This document shows positions 10,729 to 21,020 of a stretch of DNA of 26,236 bases, one piece after another (within the stretch, counting starts at the first letter, position 1; every line of letters begins with the position of its first letter). Under the pieces are notes generated by a model. The model saw only the letters and a list, made by a program, of their open reading frames with translations. It had not been told where the DNA came from and ran no database searches. The DNA comes from Macrostomum lignano (taxonomy: Eukaryota). Location of the stretch: positions 1 through 26,236 of the forward strand of contig NIVC01005103.1 in NCBI GenBank assembly GCA_002269645.1. Reading direction: 5' to 3'. A program made the position numbers and the translations under genes.

Positions 10729-12733
10729 GGAGAGCGAAATTAATTTCCCGCTCTTCTATCTCTCTCTGTCCGCGCTTCCATCTTGACAGTACCGAGGCTC
10801 AGTACTCGGCGAATGATGAGCAAAGAAAGATGAAGTTAATATCGAGCTCGGCCTTGCTAGCGCCTTCCTGAAGCCCCTGCTGCCCTGGAATGATGAGGCG
10901 GGGGCAGCCGCGAGGGCAAAGAAGGCAGGGGTTTTACATTCATTCAGGCGGAATGGTAGCGGCTAGACCTCAAGCTCCGCTAAGTCCCTTCCGGATCAAT
11001 TTGCAGACCGCGGCCCGGATCAGCAGACGCTATCTGTCTGGTCGCTAGTATTCTAATGCAGATAGCATGCGTCACATCGCTAAATTCCTACTGATATTAA
11101 CGTACTAAATGCGCAAGTAGGGCATATTCGGCTACAGAAGAAGCGTGACAATCAGCTGCCAAAGATTGGCAGCATTTCAGCTTTAAGTAAGAAAAATTGC
11201 CGACTGATTCAGAGTAGACAGACTCATACAGAAAGATAAAAATAGCTGTGAGATTCACGCGAGCATGGCAAGAGAAGGGGGCAAGAAACTAAGAACTGTT
11301 ATAAGAAGCATTAATATTTTTTCTCGCGTTAATGCACTTTGATGCTATTAATAACTCAGAGGGAAGACTTGAACAGAAGAGAAAGTCCTGACAGTCAGGC
11401 GTGCTGGGGAGCCGGACGGTCCAGATCAATCAATTCCCAGTCAATCGATTGCTAATGGCTTGAGCACGTTGCAGCTCAGGATGAGTGAAATAAGAGAAGA
11501 AGGCTTTGGTCCCGGAGCAGGTGGAGGCTTGCGATTTCCTTTCTATTTAAGGTGTGTCATTCCAGGATCTGTAACGCAGGTCTGTTATACACATACATGT
11601 AGCTCATGGCATCTTAGCAGTTCAGGATTTCTCAGAGACAGGTACAAGAATAACTGCATCGCAAACTGAAACTGAGACAGGCTTCAAGAAAAAATCAAGC
11701 AAGTGAGGGGGTGGAGAGCCGCGCCTCAGAGACAGACACAGAATGACGCACTGAGCAATTTTTTTTCAGTTTTACAATGCAGACGAGCTGTAGGGAAGAC
11801 TGATAGGGGAGAAGGGGGCGTGGAGTCAGGAGAAAGCAGCGTCTCCTTGACGCAGATCTGAATAAACGCGATCTATGCTGGTCGGGAAAGTTGAAATGAA
11901 AGGCAAATTATGGTAGCAGTAAAAGTGGGTGGCAACTGGGCTGTAGATCGAGAGGCCAATCAACCAGCCGAGAGCCTAATGCGCTATTTAACAAAGCGAG
12001 CGCGTTGGAAACTCAACGAACAAGTACACCTGTTCTGTCAAAAAATCAACTAGATGTGTCTTCAGCTAAAAATACCTGCTCTAACTTTATAAGCACAGTA
12101 AAAAACCGGATCGATAGCTGAAACCCCCCCCCCCAAGTCCTGGACTGGGCTGCAATGGAAGCCACCTCACACTGGAAGGCTTTGTGGCCATAAAACGTGA
12201 GGAAGCGAGAGAATGTTTAGCCATGACTTTAACCTTGCTGCAGTGCTCAAACACTTTCAGCAAAGTTGAAACAGTTGTAAGTATTAGCTAGAAAACTTGG
12301 CTTCCCATATAGGAAGACAAAAATGAGTAAAAATTCAGATCCAAAGACGCTCTAAAGCCAGAACGGTTCAGGCTCTCACGGGCAAGAGTGCTCTGGTATT
12401 CGCGGATATTTATAATTTATTGGCCAATAATCCGGTGTTGCGGTCAAGATTAGCCGATAAAGTTTGACACTTCCTGCTGGCTGCCGTAGGGAAAGTCGAA
12501 ACCGCCCCAGCAACTGAGCAGGGGGAGGATACAGCGGGGGAAAAGTGAAGCGAGAACCGGATGAGGAATCGATCGGATTATTTAGGGCGGGTTGGGAATC
12601 GATCCGCGACTCGACTATTTGTCAATAGTTGCCAGCGAAATACTCCGGCCTCTTCTGAGATGTGAGCGGATGCTGGGTTTGGCCCTGCGAGCAAGCAGCA
12701 GCCGCAGGCTTGGCTTCAAGCTGGGCCGGATGG

Positions 12734-12963
12734 TCAGCCGAGAGCTGTCCTATGTTTGTACACCTATCAGCCGAGAGCTGTCCTATGTTTGTACACCTAT
12801 CAGCCGAGAGCTGTCCTATGTTTGTACACCTATCAGCCGAGAGCTGTCCTATGTTTGTACACCTATCAGCCGAGAGCTGTCCTATGTTTGTACACCTATC
12901 AGCCGAGAGCTGTCCTATGTTTGTACACCTATCAGCCGAGAGCTGTCCTATGTTTGTACACCT
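12734..12963. repeat. Minisatellite, 7 x 33 bp
   Basis: Unit TCAGCCGAGAGCTGTCCTATGTTTGTACACCTA, period 33; the last copy lacks the final base. Confidence 0.97.
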
Positions 12964-13209
12964 GTGCGTCCAAGTTTTACTGTAGCTGACCAATCTAGTT
13001 AACTCGTATCCAATTAACAGTAAGATTTACAGCCAAGTCTTCATAACGACAGAGCACTGCTCAATTCTAGGGACAGACCATAGCTGGAATTTCGCTTGTG
13101 CGATGCTCAGACTGAATGAGACAGTTGGGGTGAACTGGAACTTGAAATTCCTAACTCGTACCATGATTTTTATATTAGGAAAGTGCAGTGCGCAACTTCT
13201 GTTCTGAAT

Positions 13210-13229
13210 TATATATATATATATATATA
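13210..13229. repeat. (TA)10 microsatellite
   Basis: Direct inspection. Confidence 0.9.
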
Positions 13230-14400
13230 GCCTAGAATGTATTTCTAAATAGTGGAAGGCATTCAAAATAAGCTTAGTGTGCTTCTAAAACTTTAAGCTG
13301 GTAAATTACACACTTAGCTGTGCACTGATTTGAGCAATCTGTGGCTCGAAGAATAACTGGCCAATAAATTCAATGCAAAATAAACAAACAGTTTGCCATT
13401 GCACCAATGCCAATCTGAGTCAGTCATTTGATATATTTATATGTTATTTAATAATGATCTCTGAAAATTCGGGTACAAAAGCGCAAGTACATAAATAGCT
13501 ATTGAAAAGTAAATAGTAATTCTTTATAGAAACGGCAATCAATTAGTAACCAAGAATTTACAGACACAATTATGTTTAAGACTGCATCTGGATAGCCGCG
13601 CGGATACAGAGGAGATTTAGCCATCATCAGAGTCAGAAGTTTGATTGCAGCAAGCGGATTTTCGTAAGCAGGTAAAACATGACAAAATAATCGTTTCTCG
13701 GAGATTCCAAAACCGATGCCAAAATTTCCTGCACAGACGTTCCGCTCTCCGTGATGCAAATTCGCGATTAAAGACACAACGGCTTGCATGAGCACTTGAC
13801 AATAATGACATGAGCACACGCGGTCTAAAAGTAAATCTGAGCAGGGTTTCCATCACGAAAGAATTGGAGAGTAAAGTATGGTTAGACGATTGTTAAATCT
13901 TGAAAAATACCCAGATCACAGACAAGTCCGGAGTTCGTGCCCCAAGAATAATTCCTTTTTTAGAAGTCGGCCAAAATTGAGCAAGTATAGCAAAATAGAC
14001 AGAATTAGGAAAGAAGCGGAGTGATTCGTGACCGGGCGCAGGGGCTTCAGGAATTCGCCCTACAGAATACCGTGGGTTTCCCATACGCGCGAAGGAAGGC
14101 TGCGATAATCCAAAAAAATGTGGGGGCGGTCTCTGGCCAACGCCCCAGGCAACCAGTCCAACTTTGTGCAGCAGTCCACGGGTAACTTATAGGCACAGAG
14201 TAGTTGATCCGCGGTAAACGCGGACGGAGCAGCAGAAGGGACTAGACAAACTGAATATGATGCGCCTGAGATGGCGCTTTGTATAGTTGACAATAAGAGA
14301 GCGAAGCTGGGTTGACAAAGGCTGCCTTTGAGAGGGAGGTGGCGGTTATCTCAGTTACTCCTCAGTAGGAGCAATTTGTCCAAATGATAAAGAGCACTTT

Positions 14401-14983
<583 letters not shown>

Positions 14984-15636
14984 CACGAACAACCTAGTCC
15001 CCAGCATAGATCCTAAAATGCAGTCACCCTCAAAGCCTGTTTATATCAAAAACTGGCAAGTCCGCCCAGCGCAAAGAATTCCCAGCAGACAGAGGAGCAC
15101 AGTGAGGCGGGAAATGAGACAACCATGCGGATGAAAGCTGCTAGAAGACAGGTGAGCTCCCTGATCCCACCTGAGCGGCAGCCGGCACCCGGGCGAGATG
15201 ATGCTAGAAAACAAGATTCCGCTATTAAGCCTCCAATAAGCCTCTGCAGGACAAACAAATACACAACGAACCGCGCAGAACACAGGGTAAAGGAAAAAGC
15301 AAGAGAAAAGCCGGAGGTGCTGAGTTCCAGGCACGGTTTAGAGTTTTTGTTATAAAAAAACACACACGAGGAGAAAGTGCCGCATCAAGCTGCATCAAAA
15401 GCTTTTCACAAGTTAGAAGCGAATGACAGAAAAGAATAATAAAAATAAATATGTAAACAGGTGAGAGAATTGAATTTACCGCGATTCCCCAGCAACAGCA
15501 CACTGTTTCTAAGCAAAATGACATTAGATGCTTGTACTAGAATTACAAAAGTGGACTTAGGAGTTTGATTGGCTTAAGCCAGTGGCAGATGCGGCGGAAC
15601 TTACTGCACTACTTGTTTGTACTTTATGGAGAATAC

Positions 15637-16381
15637 AAGCTCACTGAAGGACCGGAAGTAGAGAATAGAAGCTCACTGAAGGACCGGAAGTAGAGAATAG
15701 AAGCTCACTGAGGGACCGGAAGTAGAGAATAGAGGCTCACTGAAGGACCGGAAGTAGAGAATAGAGGCTCACTGAAGGACCGGAAGTAGAGAATAGAGGC
15801 TCACTGAAGGACCGGAAGTAGATAATAGAAGCTCACTGAAGGACCGGAAGTAGAGAATAGAAGCTCACTGAGGGACCGGAAGTAGAGAATAGAGGCTCAC
15901 TGAAGGACCGGAAGTAGAGAATAGAGGCTCACTGAAGGACCGGAAGTAGATAATAGAAGCTCACTGAAGGACCGGAAGTAGAGAATAGAAGCTCACTGAG
16001 GGACCAGAAGTAGAGAATAGAGGCTCACTGAGGGACCGGAAGTAGAGAATAGAAGCTCACTGAGGGACCGGAAGTAGAGAATAGAAGCTCACTGAGGGAC
16101 CGGAAGTAGAGAATAGAAGCTCACTGAGGGACCGGAAGTAGAGAATAGAAGCTCACTGAGGGACCGGAAGTAGAGAATAGAAGCTCACTGAGGGACCGGA
16201 AGTAGAGAATAGAAGCTCACTGAGGGACCGGAAGTAGAGAATAGAGGCTCACGGAAGGACCGGAAGTAGATAATAGAAGCTCACTGAGGGACCGGAAGTA
16301 GATAATAGAAGCTCACTGAGGGACCGGAAGTAGATAATAGAAGCTCACTGAGGGACCGGAAGTAGAGAATAGAGGCTCACT
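15637..16381. repeat. Minisatellite, 23 x 32 bp plus a partial copy
   Basis: Unit A[A/G]GCTCACTGA[A/G]GGACCGGAAGTAGA[G/T]AATAG; first at 15637, 23rd at 16341; three polymorphic positions. Confidence 0.98.
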
Positions 16382-16686
16382 AAAGAACTTAAAGGCAGAG
16401 GGAAGGTGCGAGCTTCTATTATCTAATTAGTGGTTAAAATGTCCGGAATTAGTGGTTATGACCGGAATTAGTGGTTAAAATGTCTCCTAAAGCCTAGTAA
16501 ATTATTAGGGTTGATAAAAATGGCATTTAGTTACAAAAAACAGACAATAGTAAGTGGCACCTGTCGCTGGCTTGAGGTTGAACATGGAACTAGAATGGAG
16601 AAGTGACGGATTAATCAGCTGCGGTAAATCTTCAGTTAATACACTCACACGCACTCGGAGGTTAGGAGCGGTGAATTATGGCATTT

Positions 16687-16961
16687 TTACAACTGAGTTT
16701 CTAATCTTCGCTGATTAGAAGAGGCCGCAGCCGTTTTCCTAGACACGTGAGCAGTCCGGGGAGTCGAGGCCGCGACCGCGGCTGCAGCCGATGAGCTGTG
16801 ATTGCCGAGACAGTCGGAAGCTGCTGCGGCGGCGGCCACTTCGTCGGAGGATGCTACGACGCCGCTTCGAGCTCGATGGATGGGGCGCGGGCTGCTGGCT
16901 AGGGAGGCTGAGCACGAGTTCGAATTGACTCGAGTCTGCTGTTGCTGGGATTGGCAGTTGG

Positions 16962-17022
<61 letters not shown>

Positions 17023-17535
17023 AGCTCGCCGCCTGCCGCTGCTGGCCAGAGACGAGGACCTGGCAAGGCTGGCGGGCAGCAGTCGCAGCTGCATCATGTA
17101 GTCCCGGATAAGGTAAGCCATCTGAGTGGCCTGCTTTGAGTACAGTGACAGGCGCCGGCCCTCCGGCAGCAGCTGCAGACACAGCAGGTAGCGGCTCTCG
17201 GTGCAGAAGCTCTGCAGCGCGGAGAAGCCCCAGGACAGATAGGGATCCTGGCGCAGGTCGGAGCTGAGCAGGTGCAGGCCGGACTCGCCGATGGCCAGCA
17301 CGCAGGACTCGAGCTGAAGCTGCTGCGACTGCTGCGGCGGGTCCGGGCAGTTGACTCGGACTTCGAACAGGGCACAGCCGAATAGCGGCCAGGAGTTTGA
17401 GCAGGCGTCAATGAATAAAAGATTCAGCTCGTGCTGCCTCTCGGCTTCAGTCAGCTGGTGCTGAGGCTGATGAGGCGAGTTCTGGAGGCTGGACAAATGC
17501 TGGGCAGCGATAGCCGCGACTTCATCCGGGTTCAC
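16687..17535 (-). CDS. MyTH4-FERM domain protein, last coding exon (end of FERM F2 + F3/PH-like lobe + low-complexity tail)
   Basis: Acceptor actcag|GTG (17536-17537), phase 0. Reads VNPDEVAAIAAQHL...LLFIDACSNSWPLFGCALFEVR...CVLAIGESGLHLL...YLSWGFSALQSF...LYSKQATQMAYLIRDYM. WPLFG..LF.V, LAI...G+.LL and QA.Q+..LI.DY are FERM C-lobe motifs. Stop at 16687-16689. Confidence 0.9.
16963..17022 (-). repeat. Pure (CAG)20 coding repeat (poly-Gln)
   Basis: 60 nt of uninterrupted CTG on the + strand, equal to Q20 in the ORF. Confidence 0.95.
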
Positions 17536-18467
17536 CTGAGTTCAATGGAGGGTTTACAGGCGGTTTTCCAATGTTCTGAGAAGACACCAGGATGTCAAAC
17601 TGGAGTCTGCGAAACCACAACTCAATCAGCTGATTACATACGAGTATACGGTCATACCAGTACTTAGGCGTACTATGAACAGTCATTGACCGGAAATCAC
17701 GACTGAATTCTAAGAAATTACACTTAATAGGTCAGCGAATATAGAACGTCGCACTGCATTCTAGGAAATCACCCAACTGATAGTTTGCAGGAAGCTGCGG
17801 GCGCTGCGGCAAGTCAAAGCGACAGTGGATCCGCTGCAGTCAGGCCCATTGCGCTGGCCCCTGAGCACGCAGAGGCATACAGATACACGCTCACGCAGGG
17901 AGTCCATTGACTCAGATACCACATACAATAACTACAATAGATGGGTCACTCAGCACATTTGCGTGCAACCTACTTTCAGTTCAGTAGTAAGTTAAACTGA
18001 ATCATTTTAATGTACTTTTAAAGACAGGGCTCATTTATTGGCTCTTACCCCAAGCTTAAACCCTCAAACTCCACACAGAACCTCTTACCCCCGCCACGCC
18101 ACCCAATTTTTTTTGCCTTCCTCGGAATTCTAGTCTAAAGCAGCCATGTACATTTCAGCGGACTGGCTAATGTACATTATTGCTAAACCAATAAGAAAGT
18201 TGTTTACGCCTGCAAGCTTGGGGGCTTCTATACTCATCAGTCATCACTCAGCTGCCTTTATTCTTACAAAATAGCTTATGTATTCTTCCTTGCTACTGAA
18301 CTGAAAGTAGAAAGCTGTTTTGCTAAGTATATATATGCCTGAGTGGCCTATCTAGTTATTTATAGTATCTGTGATTGACTCTTGACCGCATTCTAAGAAA
18401 TAAAGCCTATTAGTAGAAATTCTAAGTCTAGAAGTTTAACAGCCAAGTTTAACGATGCTTCGCTTAC
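17536..18467 (-). other. 932-nt GT-AG intron of the MyTH4-FERM gene
   Basis: Donor CAG|GTAAGC at 18467 and acceptor CTCAG| at 17536. The phase 0/0 splice gives ILPRSWRDQ-VNPDEV. The interior is AT-richer and stop-rich. Confidence 0.88.
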
Positions 18468-20152
18468 CTGATCGCGCCAGGACCGAGGCAGGATGCGCAG
18501 GACCGCCGACGGCGGGCTGGCGGCTTCGCTGGCCGCCCGAATGCCGCAGAGTTCGCGGGCGAGCGCCGGGTCCAGCGGTAGGCGGCCCTCGAACACGTCC
18601 GTCATGCACTGGTGCGCCAGCAGCGCCGACTCCACGTGGTCGGTCCGGCTAACAAACGGGCGAATAAAAATTCGCTTCTTACAGACGAGCCGCAACTGCT
18701 GCTGGTGCTGCTGGTGCTGATGGTGATGGTGGTGATGGTGCGAGGCCGCGGGAGCCGCGCTGAGCTGGGCGTACTGCTCCCACTTGAACAGCACGTCGCC
18801 AATGTAGTCGCTGGGGTTGGTGTACCGCTCCATGACGCCGTACTGCTCGAACAGGGCCCAGCCGACCGCGGCAGGCCCCGCCAAGGGCACCTTGGCCAGC
18901 AGTGCCGTCAGCGCCTCCTCGCCTGTCAAATGCGGGTGAAACTCCAGCTGCCGATGGTCGCCGTTCAGCAGGTGGACGGACACGGTGGCCGGGCCGCGCC
19001 GGAATATCGCCAACAACTCGCTAGCGGAGGGAGGAAATCGGCGCCTCGCGCGCTGCTGCTGCCACTGGGTGGCGCGCTGCAAGCAGCGCAAGCAAAACTG
19101 CGCGTAGCGGCCCTCATCGGTGAGGGTGTCCAAAGCTGCCCTGTTCAGGTGGCTGCGCAGGTAGGCCAGCACTTGGGGCGCTGGCGGCGGCGTCAGGGCG
19201 CACAGGGCGCAGAGCAGCTGGTAGGAGCGCTCCGAGTGGGCGTCCAGCTCAGAGCCGGAGTCCGCGCCGCCGCCGACCATCCCGATGCCGCCAACTCCGG
19301 ATCCACCGCCGCTACCGCCGCCACCGCCGCCACTGCCCCTCCGGTGCCGACGCAGTCTGGCCAGCAGGTCTGTTTGATGAGCAGCAGGCAGAGCTCGTTG
19401 CATAGCTGGCCGCTCTCCAGGCACTTCTGCAGCAGAGCCTGGGCGGTGCGCAGCACCACGGAGTCTTCCAGCGAGTCGGCGGATTCGACCAGCTGCACGG
19501 AGGCGGAGAATTTGCAGGCGGTGGCGAATTGCTGCGCGTCCGGGTGCAGCAGCAGCGGCTGCTGCTTGCCGCCGCCTCCGCCTCGGCCCGAGGGGCCACC
19601 GTTACCGCCGCCTCCGCCGCTAACACTGACGCCGCTGACGAGGCCGCCGCCGCCGCCGGAGCGAGCCCAATAGCTGGGCCGAAAATAGGACGGATCGGAG
19701 CAGCCTCGTGTCGGTTGGTGCTGCTGCTGTTGTTGCTGCTGCTGCTGCTGTTGCTTGGCCTTGCTGGTGAAAACGCGCAGAGTGGAGCGCAGCAGCGAGT
19801 GCTCCGGCTGGGGTGGCTTGGCCAGCAGGCCGGAGGCCACCAGCTCGCGTCTGCAGCGGTCCGCCTCCTCGGCCAGGCGATGCCGGTCGGCCTCGGTGGT
19901 GGCCACTCGCTGGAGCAGCAGCTGGTTGGCCTGGCGCAGGATGCTGCTGGTGCTGGCCGAGCCGGCAGTTCCCTGTTGCTGCTGCTGGTTGCCTGGCAAC
20001 GGAGTGGCCGGTCCGTCGCCGGCAGAGTTGGCGGTGTGATTTCCGCTGTTGTTGTTTTTGTTGCCGCTGACACTGTTGACGCAGTTGCTACTGTTGGCGT
20101 TGGCGTGGACGCTGCGGTGACCGCCGCCGCCCCCGCCGCCGCCGCTAGCCAT
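18468..20152 (-). CDS. MyTH4-FERM domain protein, main exon (coiled coil + MyTH4 + FERM F1/F2), resembling the tail of an unconventional myosin (X/XXII-like) or PLEKHH; apparent 1-bp frameshift at 19336-19339
   Basis: MyTH4 motifs: QPLL...AQALLQKCLESGQLCNELCLLLIKQT and SYQLLCALCALTPP..VLAYLRSHL...EGRYAQFCLRCL...RRFPPSASEL. FERM motifs: VSVHLLNG...WALFEQYG.MER....IGDVLFKWE...LVCKKRIF...LLAHQCMTDVFEGRLP. ORFs 19193-20167 and 18393-19424 join if one G is added to GGAGGGGCAGT. The ATG at 20152 (cgcATGG) is the proposed start; the exon may extend to the acceptor at 20443. Confidence 0.85.
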
Positions 20153-20443
20153 GCGGCCGTGGGTCAACGGCGGCGCCCCGGCCGTGGGTCAACTGCGGCG
20201 CCCGGCTGGGTGTCCGCTCTCAGAGCTGCGAGCTCGCTTGCTAGGGCATCGGAGCCGCTCAGCAGCGGACAGCCGGGCATTTGGCAGTGAAGCCGGGCAC
20301 GGCCCGGACAGCCGCTCCAACCTGGTCGTCCAGTTCGATGCTGCGCCGATTGTGGAAGTTGCGTACCGGGGAAAACCTTGACAGTCTTGGGGATCCGGGA
20401 TGAGAAAGTTGTTACCGCCACTGCCGGTGCAGAATCAGCGTCG

Positions 20444-20570
20444 CTGCAATACCAAACAAATTCGCGAGCATGTTGAAACTATAGTTGGCTGGCAGTAGGC
20501 CAACGCACAGCAGGCTAAAAGTGAGGTCCACTGATTCCAGCACGCGCTTCCTGACTGGCTGCGCACTTAC
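20444..20570 (-). other. Candidate 127-nt 5' intron (probably in the 5' UTR)
   Basis: Consensus donor |GTAAGT at 20570 and acceptor tttgtttggtattgcag| at 20444. No transcript evidence is available. Confidence 0.5.
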
Positions 20571-21020
20571 GAGAGAGAGAGAGCACGTTCTGCGCTTCTC
20601 AATTACACACGCTTGGCTCACGCTGCGCTGCTTGACTCTCTCTCTCTATCTCTGCCGAGTGCAGGCCTGCGATTGCAACTAAAGGCTGAAGACTAGGCGG
20701 TCTAGGCGGCGACGCGGATGGGGTGGGGTCCATTTAACACATGCTGCTTGAGAGAGAGAGAGAGAAGAGAGGCCAACCCGGAGAGGGGCGGGAATGGAAA
20801 ACATAATTTTCGGACGCAGGAAAGGGGGTGGGGCGGATGCGGCACAGCATCTGCAGAACTGAAGGAAGCGAGTGAGAAAGGGAGAGAGGTAGGGAAATAG
20901 GGATGGAACGAAGGCAAAGAATAAAGTGAACTAGAGGAACAGCCATACTAAAGGAAATTCCCTATCCAAGAATCTGTCCCAATGGCAGAGACTGGGCCTT
21001 CAGAGCAGCCAATGGCAGAG
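20571..21020 (-). promoter_or_regulatory. Candidate promoter region of the MyTH4-FERM gene (GAGA tracts, twin CCAAT boxes)
   Basis: GA/CT tracts at 20571-20583, 20636-20653 and 20750-20764. CCAATGGCAGAG occurs twice, at 20979 and 21009 (30 bp apart). Confidence 0.35.

Noticed and set aside
16739-17667. Overlapping poly-Ala/Cys/Leu ORFs
   Set aside because: Alternative frames of the CAG repeat and the last exon.
18455-20381. Long plus-strand and alternate-frame ORFs (18612-19673, 19529-20290, 19312-20073 etc.)
   Set aside because: GC-rich shadows of the MyTH4-FERM exon with no independent domain motifs or splice support.
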